NCBI GenBank assembly: GCA_963667785.2 | Contig: CAXXMU010000006.1 | Location: 960,001-1,024,000, forward strand | Length of the DNA stretch: 64,000 bases | Reading direction: 5' to 3' | From: Alphaproteobacteria bacterium | GTDB taxonomy: Bacteria > Pseudomonadota > Alphaproteobacteria > UBA828 | Shown: piece after piece, positions 8,763 through 19,072 of the stretch | Layout: each line of letters starts with the position of its first letter | Numbering within the stretch: position 1 is the first letter of the stretch | Position numbers and translations under genes: made by a program | Notes under the pieces: model-generated | Told to the model about the DNA's origin: nothing | The model's input: the letters and a program-made list of their open reading frames with translations, nothing else | The model's database searches: none

Positions 8763-9556
8763 CAGAAGAACTGCTCGCCCAGCTCGCGCTCGGGCACGAC
8801 CGACTTGTCTTCGGCCGGCTGGTCCGCCTTCGCAGTGTCCTGGCGGCTTCCGGGATCGGCGGGGGCCGGGTTCGCGGGGACCGCGGCTTCATCGGCCGGT
8901 TCCGCGCTCGCCGACGGGGGAAGGGCCGGCGTCCGCGCCGGCGGCAGCGAGTCCCGCAGCGTGGCGGACGGCAGGGTCCCGTCGCCGACTCCAGCCAGCC
9001 GCTCGACCTCGTCCGTTGACACCAGCAGGACCCCGAGCCTGCCGCTCCGGCGCGCGAGCGCCGCGATCAACTCGTTATCGCTCCAATCGTCCGGCTGTCG
9101 CATCCGGCCCGCGTATCCGGGCCGGACCCGCGGCGCCGGCTCGACAAACGCGCCCCGCCCGCTCTCAAGCTGCCGCAGGCGCAGCGCCATCCGCGCCACC
9201 AGCCATGTGCCGAACAGGGCAAGGCCGATGCACGCGCCCAGCAGCGCGCGGTCCGCCGCAAGGGAGAACATCTGCCGGCGGGCCAGCCACGCCTCATGCA
9301 TGACATAGGCAAAACGGTAGCGCTCGACACTGATGGTTTCGCCGGCCGCCGTGCGGTACTCGACCAGCCCGTAATCGTCGAACCCGACGCCCAGCATGGC
9401 TTCGACCAGCGTGAACTTCCAGGCGGCGTACCAGTCGTGCCCGGTCGTGCCGAGCGCCAGCGCGATGCCGGCGACCAGCACCGCCATGACGGCGGCGCAG
9501 ATCCCCGCCACCACGAGCGGCAGGAGCCATTTGTCGGTGTCAGGCATGACGGACAT
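8762..9556 (-). CDS. Membrane protein resembling the N-terminus of a TrwB/TraD coupling protein, without ATPase domain
   Basis: Two hydrophobic segments, then an RGA motif and a low-complexity tail; stop overlaps relaxase ATG (TGATG), the usual trwB position; no Walker A. Confidence 0.5.
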   Translation of the reverse strand: MSVMPDTDKWLLPLVVAGICAAVMAVLVAGIALALGTTGHDWYAAWKFTLVEAMLGVGFDDYGLVEYRTAAGETISVERYRFAYVMHEAWLARRQMFSLAADRALLGACIGLALFGTWLVARMALRLRQLESGRGAFVEPAPRVRPGYAGRMRQPDDWSDNELIAALARRSGRLGVLLVSTDEVERLAGVGDGTLPSATLRDSLPPARTPALPPSASAEPADEAAVPANPAPADPGSRQDTAKADQPAEDKSVVPERELGEQFF

Positions 9557-9580
9557 CCCCGCGTCCGGGGACGTCCGGGT

Positions 9581-10336
9581 TCACGGCGATGTCCGCCGCG
9601 CGGCCTCGTCCCCGGCGCGGACGCCTCCGTTCCCACATACCCGGCGGTCGGTGGCCCACGCCTCCACATCGTTCCCCCGGTACCGCACGCAGCCGCCAAG
9701 TTTGCAATACCAGGGACCCTCCCCGGTGGTCCGGTAGCGGGCCAGCGTGCTCGGCGACAGCCCCAGCAGTGCCGCCGCTTCGCGGGTGTCCATAAAATGC
9801 TGGTCCTCGCAGAGGCCGACCGGCTGTTCGGGCCCGGCGTCGCGATCTTCGCACCGGGCAGGCAGATCCGGAGACGGCAGCGGGGCGCCGGTCAGGATCG
9901 CCGGCATCGCGCCGGCGCGGGCGCGAATCTCACGCCACTCGGCAGGGCTCGCGTGCGACTTCATCGACGCGCGCACCGCTTCCACCGTCGCCAGCTTCGG
10001 CGACACGCCCGCCAGCAGCTGCGCGACAAAGGACGGGTTGCCCGTCGCTTCCTGTCCGAGCAGCGAACGCTTGACCCCCGTCACCTGAAGAAAGGCATCG
10101 ACTTCCCCGAGGAAGGCGGGGCCGGCCGGCGGCTCTCCCATGAAGGCGAGCGCCCGGTCCACCGTCCTGAGGCACGGACGGCGTCCGTCGCGCAGCGAGG
10201 CGACGAAGTCGCGGTCGCGGTACACGGCGGCGCCGAACGCCCCGGCGCTCATCCCCTTCCGGGCGCACCAGACCTCGATCGCCCGCAGAAACCGGGCCTC
10301 GAGGACGCCGCCGGGATCTGAGTTCGGTATGCCCAT
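9581..10336 (-). CDS. Regulator with two Cro-like HTH repeats and a C-terminal AlpA/excisionase HTH
   Basis: C-terminal FMDTREAAALLGLSPSTLARYRTTGEGPWYCKLGGCVRYRGNDVEAW; two similar N-terminal units of about 50 aa. Confidence 0.75.
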   Translation of the reverse strand: MGIPNSDPGGVLEARFLRAIEVWCARKGMSAGAFGAAVYRDRDFVASLRDGRRPCLRTVDRALAFMGEPPAGPAFLGEVDAFLQVTGVKRSLLGQEATGNPSFVAQLLAGVSPKLATVEAVRASMKSHASPAEWREIRARAGAMPAILTGAPLPSPDLPARCEDRDAGPEQPVGLCEDQHFMDTREAAALLGLSPSTLARYRTTGEGPWYCKLGGCVRYRGNDVEAWATDRRVCGNGGVRAGDEAARRTSP

Positions 10337-10944
10337 CCGGCATAGATAGGGGCGGCAGGAGAATCGCAAAACCGCTTCCGGTATGGCAAATCCTGCGAAT
10401 CATACGTCAGGCCCCGCCAGGCACCGCATGCCCCCTCAGAGCGGTGAAAAAAGTTTTGCCCAGTGCCTATGCGCCCCGAATGCTCCGGGCTGGAATGGGC
10501 TGAGAGGAACCGTACGGATTTGCCTCAATGAGGCCGGGGCGCGCACCCAGGATGTCGCCACTGATGCGGCAGGTCTGAAGACCATAGAGGGCGATGCCCG
10601 TCGTTCGGGCAATCGGCGTTCAGGCGATCGCGAACATGCGGAAGCGTCGATGTGGCGAAACCGGCACTCAGCTGGCTGACGCCGTGCGTGCCGCGAGGTC
10701 GAAGGGGGCGCTGCGGTGCCGCCGGGATTGACGCGGTTCACGCAGCCGTGCAGGAAATGGTCGATGTATGGAGACGGCGAGGCCATCGGCATATCTGGAC
10801 CGAAGCACGTGTTGCGAGAACGGTGGCGGCGCCCGACGAGCAACAGATTCCGCTGGTGCGCTTGGTGACGACCGGGAGGCTGGATCGACGAGCGATCATC
10901 TGATCGCTATGGCAGTATCTCCAGCTAGGGAGGCGAACCAAACG

Positions 10945-13900
10945 ATGACGGGGAGCAGGCCATTGGGTCCAGGCGATACGGGGCCAGGCAACGCAGCGGG
11001 GCTCGACGTATTTGCCCTCCGTGACAGCGTCGTCAACGAGTACAAGCGTTTCGCGACCTCCTTCACGACAATCCACGCACCAGACATCCGCGAACAGATC
11101 GAGGCAATCTACGCGGAGGATCGCTACTGGCCCGAGCCGCTCATTCAGATCAACCCGAGCTACAAACGTTCCACGGATGTCGGCACCTTGGTCGCGAATG
11201 GGATACTCCACCCAGGATGCGCAGATATTTTTGGCGAGAGCGGTCAGCCGCTGTCCCTCTACAAGCACCAGGAGCAGGCCATCGCGCTCGCGGCAGAGGG
11301 CGAGAGCTTTGTGGTGACCTCCGGCACGGGATCCGGGAAGTCGCTGTGCTTCTTTATCCCCATTGTCAGTTACGTGCTGGCTGCGCGCCGCACCGGTGGG
11401 CGGCGGCGCACGCATGCCATTGTCGTTTACCCGATGAATGCGCTCGCGAACTCCCAGATGGACGAGCTTGCAAAGTTCACCGACCAAGTGCCCGGAGACC
11501 AGTCGATCACGTTCGCCCGCTATACGGGACAAGAGGACGACCTGGAGCGAAAGCAGATCGCAGACCATCCTCCCGACATCCTTCTCACCAACTTCATGAT
11601 GCTGGAGCTCCTCATGACACGACAGGAGGAGCTCGACCGGCAGGTGATAGGAAACTGCGCCGGTCTACAGTTCCTCGTCCTGGACGAGCTGCACACCTAC
11701 CGCGGCCGTCAAGGCGCAGATGTAGCGTTGTTGGTGCGCCGCGTCCGTGAACGGCTGCGGCCTGAGAACCTGCTGTGCATCGGCACCTCTGCAACCATGG
11801 CGAGCGAGGGTTCTCACCAGGATAAGAGCCGAGTGGTTGCGGGCGTCGCTTCGAAACTCTTCGGGAGCGAGATCACAGAGAGCAACGTCATCGCGGAAAC
11901 CCTTGAGCGCATCACCGATCCGACGGCCACGGCAGATTCCGTAAAGCCGTCCCTCGGAGGCGCTATCGATGCCGGCGCACCGCTACACATGTCTGACGCG
12001 GCACTCCGAGAGCATCCGCTCGCTGTTTGGGTGGAAACGCGTCTAGGTGTCTCGTTTTCCGAGGCTGACCAGCGCTGGATTCGGGCCAGGCCCAGAACAG
12101 TGACCGAGGCAGTCGCAGCGCTCTCGGAGGAGTCAGGGCGAGCCGCCGCTGACTGTCGTAGCGTGCTGCGGGCTTTCCTTCTGGCTTCGAGCGACCCCGA
12201 GAAGGTACGGACCTCGAACCCCGATGACGGCGAGAAGAGCTTCTTTGCGTTCAAGCTCCACCAGTTTATCTCGGGTGCTGGCCACGCGTATGCGACGATC
12301 GAGCCGCCCGGAACGCGCAAAGTGACGGTCGATGGTCAACAGTTCCTGCCCGGCCACGCGGACAAGCGACTTTATGCCGTACATTTCTGTCGCGAATGTG
12401 GTCACGAGTATCATCCGGTGCGGTTGGTGCAGCAGGAGGAGGGGGCGGTCTTCCTCGCGCGCGACATTGACGATGCGCCACCGAGCGGGCCAAACGAGAC
12501 GGACGAAGATCCGTTGGAGACACGGACCGAGGGAGTGTTTGGTTTCTTGACGCTGGAGCCACGGAACGATCCCACGTTCACCTTCGCCGACCAAGACGAT
12601 GACTACCCTGAGACCTGGCTTGAGCTTGATGCAAACAACCGCACACGGCTCAAGAAGTACTACCGCGGTGCGCGCGCTCGTAGCTTCGTAGTCTCGCCCG
12701 ATGGACGTGTCGGTACAGGAACGAAAGTGTGGTTCCAGCCCGGAAAATTCCGGCTCTGCCTCCGTTGCGGGAACACCCAGGGCGGGGCCGCGCGCGATCG
12801 CACGCGTCTCGCCTCGCTGTCAGCCGAGGGGCGCAGTTCGGCAACCACCGTACTGGTCGGTAGTACGCTGCGCTGGATGCACGGCGCCGACTCAGTGCTG
12901 GCCCCCTACACTCGAAAGCTATTGGGCTTCACAGACAACCGACAGGACGCTGCGCTCCAAGCCGGTCATTTCAACGACTTTCTTTTTGTCAGCTTGGTGC
13001 GCGCGGGCTTTCTCGGCGCACTACGGGATGCGGGTTCGAACGGGCTCCGTAGCGACGAATTGGGAATTGCTCAGCAGCGAATGCTTGGATTTGACCGATC
13101 AGACCCGGAGATTCGCGCCGAATGGCTGCTTGAGCCGACGTTGCGCGGCTTTAATCTACAGGAGGCCGAGGGCACGCTTCGACAGGTGCTAGCTTATCGC
13201 ATTTGGTTCGATCAGCGACGTGGATGGCGATACACGAATCCGAACCTTGAGCAACTCGGCATGGTCCAAGTGGAGTACTTGGGTCTCGAGGAGCTCTCCA
13301 GGGACGACGACCTGTTTGCCGACTCGCCCCCTCTACTGAAGCATGCTGACCGCACTGTGCGGAAAGCGGTCTACCGCGAATTGCTTGACCACATGCGGAA
13401 GTGGATGGCGATCCGCAGCCAGGTTCTCGAAACTGCCGTTCTCGAACAGTTGGTCGCGAAGTCCCACAGTCGGCTTCGACCTCCCTGGGGACTCGGCATA
13501 GACGAGAAGCCGAGAGCCGCTCGCTGGTTGATGACTATCGCACCCACTCGTAAGGTGAACACGCTCCGTGACATGGACTTGATTGTGCGCGGCGGCTCAC
13601 GAAGCGGTCTCGGGCGAACGTTACGCTCAACAAGCCTTTGGGGTGGCGACGCAGCCATCCGCGACCTGAAGTCAGAGGATTTCGACAAGCTAGTCGAGGA
13701 TCTTCTCCGTGCAGGCGCGACACACGGCCTTCTATCGGAAGAGAACACGCCGTTTGATCGGTCGGGGTGGCGGCTCAACGATGCATGCATTCTGTTTCGA
13801 CTTGGCGATACAGCAGAGAACGGCGACGGTGCCGGGCAGAACGCATTTTTTTGCGACCTCTACGAGAATCTCGCACGGATGCTTCGCGCACCCATGCACC

Positions 13901-16287
13901 CGCTTTTCGGGTTCGAGGCGCGCGAGCACACCGCCCAGGTAAATCCCGACAACAGGGAAATCCGGGAGAAGCGCTTTCGCTTCGGCGATCGCGAGCGCGA
14001 AGAGCTAGCTACGGACGAGAAGCGACTCCGAGAGGTCGGCGAAGCAAATCGGTTTCTACCCGTTCTCTTTTGCTCGCCGACGATGGAGCTCGGCGTCGAC
14101 ATCGCGGCATTGAACGCCGTTCACATGCGGAACGTGCCACCTACGCCGGCAAACTATGCCCAACGCGGCGGCCGCGCGGGTCGAAGCGGGCAGGCTGCGC
14201 TGGTCATTACCTATGCGTCCTCTCAAAGCCCGCACGACCAATACTTCTTCCGCGATCCCAAAGCGATGGTCTACGGTGAAGTACGTGCCCCGATCTTGGA
14301 GCTCGCGAACCAGGACCTGATCGACAGCCATCTTCACGCAGTCTGGCTCTCGTGTGTTGACGAACGACTCGACCCGTGTATCGCGGAGCTGCTCGTACTT
14401 GGTGATTCTAGTCGTCCAATCGAGCCGGGTATCGGGGCAGCATTGCAAGACAAGCGCGTCGTGGTCTCGGCAGGCGAACGGGTTCGGCGCGTCCTCGATC
14501 TCGTCGCAGACGATCTCACACCTGAATCTGCGCCTTGGTACACGGGTCGAGACGCCTATTCAGATAAGGTCGTGGCGGATGCCGCGGAGCGCTTCGACGA
14601 AGCGTTCAATCGCTGGCGAGACCTTTTCGCCGCCGCCGAGATGCAGCGAGACGCCGCGCGGAGGATCATGGACGACTATGCGGTGGCCTACCAAGACAAG
14701 CGGGCAGCGCAGACTCGGCACGCGCAGGCTGTCGACCAGATCAACTTGCTCCAGCGTGGGACAAGCGCGCTCTCAAGCGACTTCTACACGTATCGCTACC
14801 TAGCTACAGAGGGCTTTCTACCTGGGTACAACTTCCCGAGATTGCCCCTCCTCGCGTACATTCCCGCAAGTCGGGATGGTCGTAGACAGCAGACGTACCT
14901 TCAGCGTCCGCGCTTCCTTGCGCTTGCCGAATTTGGCCCGCGCAGCCTCGTCTATCACGAAGGGCGTGCGTACCGGGTCGTACGAGCGCTGCTCTCCCTT
15001 GGTCATCGGGAGTCGGCGACACCCGATGCACAACTCCCCACTAAGGCCGTACGAACTTGCACGAACTGCGGTGCGGGACATTTCAGCGACGAGCTTTCGA
15101 TGTGCCATGTATGCGGAACATCCCTCGGCAACGCCGACGTTGTGGGCAACACATATCGAATTGAGAACGTTGCAACATATCCGGCCGAACATATCACCGC
15201 GAACGACGAAGAACGTCAGCGCCAAGGCTTCGACTTGCAGACCACGTTTGAATGGGCGATCCGCGACCAAGAGATTGACGTACGGCAGGCATCGGCGTCT
15301 GACGCGGAGGGCGAAATTGTTCGCATGGCGTACGGCGCGGGGGCGACGATCACCCGTCTTAATAAGGGTCTGCGCCGTAGAGCCAACAAGAAGATTCTCG
15401 GTTTCCGAATCGATCCGGTATCGGGGTACTGGGCCAAGGGCGTTGACGAGGACGCGGATGAGCACGCGCTCGACCCCACGGCCTCCCCTCGGCAATGGAT
15501 CGTCCCCTGTGTCCAGGATCGCAAGAATGCGCTCCTCTTCCGACCCAGCGGGAATTCGCTCTCACAGGTCACGCTGTCCACTGTGCAGCACGCGATCCTG
15601 CGTGGCATCGAGGCAGTGTTCCAACTAGAGGAAGGCGAAATACTCGCCGAACCGATGCCGACGCGTGATGTTCGGAACGGTTTCCTGCTTTACGAGGCCA
15701 CCGAAGGCGGCGCAGGCGTTCTGACACGGATCATCAGCCAAGAGATGAGCCTTGCCACCGTGGCGGAAAGGGCACTGGAGATCATGCATCTCTCTGTTGG
15801 TGGTGGTTATCTGCCCGATTCTCCATCGGGTCTCTCAGATCAACCGGAGACAACTTGCGTCGCGGCCTGCTATCGCTGCCTTATGTCTTACTACAATCAG
15901 CCCGACCACGAGAGTCTAGATCGCCGAGACGAGGACGCTCGCGCGATGCTGCTCCGTCTAGCCCGTGCCCGCACAACGACGCTCGACAGGCGGTCGTCAC
16001 AGCCAACCACCTGTGTGGATCGGGAAGGCTCGCGTGACGGGCGGTGGGATGCCGAGGCGTCGCAGCACGGAATTCCCGCACCTGATCCGGAGCCTCTACT
16101 GGCTGGCGAGCGTGCCGTGCGCTGCGTCTGGCGCAAACACTATGTTGCGGCGATTATCGACGAGGCCGATTGTCTGGCCACGCAGTCGATGGAAGACCTT
16201 GGCTTCGAGGTGATACGGTTTGGCGATCCCGCAAGCTGGAATACTGCCTTCGCACGTCTGGCTTCCGCTCTTGGGCGCGAGTCATGA
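10945..16287 (+). CDS. Large DEAD/DEAH helicase with C-terminal DUF1998 (YprA/DrmAB-like)
   Basis: SGTGSGKS, YPMNALANSQ, DELH, TSAT, TMELGVDI, QRGGRAGR; Zn motifs; EGGAG...CVAACYRCLMSYYNQ. Confidence 0.9.
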   Translation: MTGSRPLGPGDTGPGNAAGLDVFALRDSVVNEYKRFATSFTTIHAPDIREQIEAIYAEDRYWPEPLIQINPSYKRSTDVGTLVANGILHPGCADIFGESGQPLSLYKHQEQAIALAAEGESFVVTSGTGSGKSLCFFIPIVSYVLAARRTGGRRRTHAIVVYPMNALANSQMDELAKFTDQVPGDQSITFARYTGQEDDLERKQIADHPPDILLTNFMMLELLMTRQEELDRQVIGNCAGLQFLVLDELHTYRGRQGADVALLVRRVRERLRPENLLCIGTSATMASEGSHQDKSRVVAGVASKLFGSEITESNVIAETLERITDPTATADSVKPSLGGAIDAGAPLHMSDAALREHPLAVWVETRLGVSFSEADQRWIRARPRTVTEAVAALSEESGRAAADCRSVLRAFLLASSDPEKVRTSNPDDGEKSFFAFKLHQFISGAGHAYATIEPPGTRKVTVDGQQFLPGHADKRLYAVHFCRECGHEYHPVRLVQQEEGAVFLARDIDDAPPSGPNETDEDPLETRTEGVFGFLTLEPRNDPTFTFADQDDDYPETWLELDANNRTRLKKYYRGARARSFVVSPDGRVGTGTKVWFQPGKFRLCLRCGNTQGGAARDRTRLASLSAEGRSSATTVLVGSTLRWMHGADSVLAPYTRKLLGFTDNRQDAALQAGHFNDFLFVSLVRAGFLGALRDAGSNGLRSDELGIAQQRMLGFDRSDPEIRAEWLLEPTLRGFNLQEAEGTLRQVLAYRIWFDQRRGWRYTNPNLEQLGMVQVEYLGLEELSRDDDLFADSPPLLKHADRTVRKAVYRELLDHMRKWMAIRSQVLETAVLEQLVAKSHSRLRPPWGLGIDEKPRAARWLMTIAPTRKVNTLRDMDLIVRGGSRSGLGRTLRSTSLWGGDAAIRDLKSEDFDKLVEDLLRAGATHGLLSEENTPFDRSGWRLNDACILFRLGDTAENGDGAGQNAFFCDLYENLARMLRAPMHPLFGFEAREHTAQVNPDNREIREKRFRFGDREREELATDEKRLREVGEANRFLPVLFCSPTMELGVDIAALNAVHMRNVPPTPANYAQRGGRAGRSGQAALVITYASSQSPHDQYFFRDPKAMVYGEVRAPILELANQDLIDSHLHAVWLSCVDERLDPCIAELLVLGDSSRPIEPGIGAALQDKRVVVSAGERVRRVLDLVADDLTPESAPWYTGRDAYSDKVVADAAERFDEAFNRWRDLFAAAEMQRDAARRIMDDYAVAYQDKRAAQTRHAQAVDQINLLQRGTSALSSDFYTYRYLATEGFLPGYNFPRLPLLAYIPASRDGRRQQTYLQRPRFLALAEFGPRSLVYHEGRAYRVVRALLSLGHRESATPDAQLPTKAVRTCTNCGAGHFSDELSMCHVCGTSLGNADVVGNTYRIENVATYPAEHITANDEERQRQGFDLQTTFEWAIRDQEIDVRQASASDAEGEIVRMAYGAGATITRLNKGLRRRANKKILGFRIDPVSGYWAKGVDEDADEHALDPTASPRQWIVPCVQDRKNALLFRPSGNSLSQVTLSTVQHAILRGIEAVFQLEEGEILAEPMPTRDVRNGFLLYEATEGGAGVLTRIISQEMSLATVAERALEIMHLSVGGGYLPDSPSGLSDQPETTCVAACYRCLMSYYNQPDHESLDRRDEDARAMLLRLARARTTTLDRRSSQPTTCVDREGSRDGRWDAEASQHGIPAPDPEPLLAGERAVRCVWRKHYVAAIIDEADCLATQSMEDLGFEVIRFGDPASWNTAFARLASALGRES

Positions 16288-19070
16288 ACGAACTCGTCTA
16301 TGCACCCGGAAGCCTCGTCAGCGCTCGCGGACGGGAGTGGGTTGTTCTCAGCGGAAGCTCGGCGGAGACGCTCAGGGTTCGTCCTGTCACCGGATCCGAT
16401 GAAGATCGGACGTTAATCCACCTTCCGCTCGAGATCGAGCCGGTTCGTGAGGCTCGGTTCCCCTTGCCCAGCGCGCACCTGGTCGGCGGGCACGACTCCG
16501 CCTTGCTGCTTCGCGACGCGTTGCTACTCTCCCTAAGACGGGGTGCCGGACCCTTTCGGAGCATCGGCCAGATTTCGGTAGAACCGCGTGGATACCAAAT
16601 CGTGCCGCTTCTCATGGCGCTCAAACTCGACCCGGTACGTTTACTCATCGCGGACGACGTTGGAGTGGGGAAAACGATCGAGGCGTTGCTTATCGCTCGC
16701 GAGTTGCTCGACCGCGGCGACATCGATCGAACCGTCGTGCTCTGTCCGCCGCATCTCGTGGACCAATGGATCACCGAACTGGAGGTTCACTTCCATATCC
16801 GCGCAGTAGCCGTCACCGCCCGAACCGCGCGGCGCTTGGAACAGAGCGTACCGCCAGGACTAAGCATCTTTGCGGTGCATCCACACACCGTCGTCAGCCT
16901 CGACTACGTGAAGGCTCCCGAGAGACGAGACAACTTTCTCCAAGCGTGTCCAGATTTTGTGATTGTCGACGAGGCACACACGTGTGCCTCGTCGAGCCAG
17001 CGCCGGCATCAGCGGCACGAGCTGCTTCAAGGCTTAGCCAGCAGCGCCGCACGACACCTTGTTCTGCTAACGGCAACTCCCCATAGCGGCGACGATGCTG
17101 CCTTCTACCGTCTTCTCGCCTTGCTCGCCCCCGAATTCGAGCGCCTGGCAGAGGTCAGAGGTACGGAGCGCGATCGTCTACGTGAACGCCTCGCTAACCA
17201 TTTCGTCCAGAGACGACGCCCCGACATTGCGGAGTGGCATGAGGGCGACATCTTCCCGCGTCGCGAAACGAAAGAGCTCACCTACAGGTTGAGTGGAGCT
17301 TGGGAGGCCTTTTTCAACTCAGTCCTCGACTATTGCGCCGAAGTTGTCGAAACGGGCACCGGTGACGAGCAGAGGCAGCGCCTCAACTTTTGGGGAACGC
17401 TAGCTCTCTTACGTTGCACCGGGTCGAGCCCCGTTGCTGCCGTGTTGGCCCTGCGCACCCGTGCTGGCGAAGACTTAGGGGTCGAAACGCGCGAAGACCT
17501 TCTTGATCGCATTTTCGATGGCGATGTGGATTCACTCCTAACCGACGATGTGGAACCACCCTTAGGTGGTGAAGTTCCAGCGCTGGGACGACTGATAGAG
17601 CAGGCGGAGAGACTCGCGGGCCAAAGCGGTGATCCAAAACTGATAGCGGCGTCAGAGCATGTCTCCGAGTTGGTCGAGGCGGGATTTAACGTAGTGGTAT
17701 TTTGTCGATTTATCTCCACCGCCCACTACGTGGCCCGACACTTCCGCGAAAACATGACGGAAATTGTCGTCGGTGCTGTGACCGGTGAGATGTCGCCTGA
17801 AGAGCGGGAAGAGCGCGTGGCGTCACTCGGTGCAACACAAGGTACCAAGGTCTTGGTCGCGACAGACTGTCTTTCGGAGGGAATCAATCTACAGGAGCAC
17901 TTCGACGCTGTCGTTCACTATGATCTCTCGTGGAATCCAACGCGTCATGAGCAGCGGGAGGGGCGCGTCGATCGCTTCGGTCAGCCGAGCAACACAGTGC
18001 GCGCCACACTCCTTTATGGCATCGACAACCCGGTTGACGGTGCGGTACTTCAGGTCATCCTGCGTAAGGCGGCCCGCATTCGGGAGGAACTCGGCGTCCC
18101 GGTGCCCGTGCCGGACGAGAGTCACTCGCTCACGCAGGCTCTGCTCAAGGCCGTGCTCTTGCGTCGGCGGGGCCGCTCCGACGCCATCGCTGGCCGACAG
18201 CTTGAGTTGTTCGAGAGCAGCTGGGAGGACGCGAAGGCAAAGGCGAAGAGAAGCCGGACCATGTTCGCCCAGCGACGGATCAAGCCCGACGAGGTGCTGC
18301 CCGAGTGGCACAAGAGCCTCGCCGCAGTCGGTGGCCGAGACGACGTGGAGCGCTTCACGAACCGCGCTCTCGTCCGGCTCGGTTCAGGGCTTGAACCGTT
18401 CGGGCGGGGATTCAAGGTCCCGACGGCGGCACTGCCCGCTGACGTTCGCGAGCGTCTGGAGGCGGAAGACATAGCGGGCACGATTGCCATCGACTTCGCG
18501 TATCCCCCGGCGCGCGGATGCCGTCCTCTCCAGCGCAACCATCCCCTCATCGCGGTCCTCGCCGACGCGCTTCTAGGGAGGACCCTTTCGGTTGACGACA
18601 CCGACGCCTCCACCGGCGATCCCTCGGTCCTGGGGCGCGTTGGCTGCTGGATCTCGGAAGGAGTGCGTGGCCGGACGACGGTCGCGCTATTGCGGCTGCG
18701 GCACCAGCTCTTGTCACGCGCGCGGCACCGGGACACAACACTGATGGTCGAGGAGGCAGCGGCGTTAGCCTGGGTCGTCCCACGAACAAACGGACCGATC
18801 TCAGGGTCCGAAGCACTTTCACTGCTCCGACTTCCTCCTGTAGATGATCCCCCGCCGCATGTGCGGAAACGTGAGATCGCAAGAGCCCTCGACATGATCG
18901 AGGAGCGCACAGCGGATCTGGAGAATTTCGCGACGGCGCGAGCAGGAGCCTTGCTCGATGATCATTTGCGTATGCGCGAAGCTAGCAGAGCGGGCGGTAG
19001 CACGTCCGTCCAGGCCCTTCCGCGTCCCGATGTGATCGGCGTATACGTGCTCCTGCCCAGGCTGAGCTGA
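16284..19070 (+). CDS. SNF2-type helicase (DrmD-like)
   Basis: LIADDVGVGKT, DEAH, LTATPHSG, SEGINLQ, WNP...EQREGRVDR; ATGA overlap with previous gene. Confidence 0.9.
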   Translation: MNELVYAPGSLVSARGREWVVLSGSSAETLRVRPVTGSDEDRTLIHLPLEIEPVREARFPLPSAHLVGGHDSALLLRDALLLSLRRGAGPFRSIGQISVEPRGYQIVPLLMALKLDPVRLLIADDVGVGKTIEALLIARELLDRGDIDRTVVLCPPHLVDQWITELEVHFHIRAVAVTARTARRLEQSVPPGLSIFAVHPHTVVSLDYVKAPERRDNFLQACPDFVIVDEAHTCASSSQRRHQRHELLQGLASSAARHLVLLTATPHSGDDAAFYRLLALLAPEFERLAEVRGTERDRLRERLANHFVQRRRPDIAEWHEGDIFPRRETKELTYRLSGAWEAFFNSVLDYCAEVVETGTGDEQRQRLNFWGTLALLRCTGSSPVAAVLALRTRAGEDLGVETREDLLDRIFDGDVDSLLTDDVEPPLGGEVPALGRLIEQAERLAGQSGDPKLIAASEHVSELVEAGFNVVVFCRFISTAHYVARHFRENMTEIVVGAVTGEMSPEEREERVASLGATQGTKVLVATDCLSEGINLQEHFDAVVHYDLSWNPTRHEQREGRVDRFGQPSNTVRATLLYGIDNPVDGAVLQVILRKAARIREELGVPVPVPDESHSLTQALLKAVLLRRRGRSDAIAGRQLELFESSWEDAKAKAKRSRTMFAQRRIKPDEVLPEWHKSLAAVGGRDDVERFTNRALVRLGSGLEPFGRGFKVPTAALPADVRERLEAEDIAGTIAIDFAYPPARGCRPLQRNHPLIAVLADALLGRTLSVDDTDASTGDPSVLGRVGCWISEGVRGRTTVALLRLRHQLLSRARHRDTTLMVEEAAALAWVVPRTNGPISGSEALSLLRLPPVDDPPPHVRKREIARALDMIEERTADLENFATARAGALLDDHLRMREASRAGGSTSVQALPRPDVIGVYVLLPRLS

Positions 19071-19072
19071 GC

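Noticed and set aside
6084-9308. 1074-aa plus-strand ORF, and similar long antisense ORFs at 44708-47416, 55200-57392 and 61027-62835
   Set aside because: Shadow or off-frame ORFs of real high-GC genes, with no recognisable motifs
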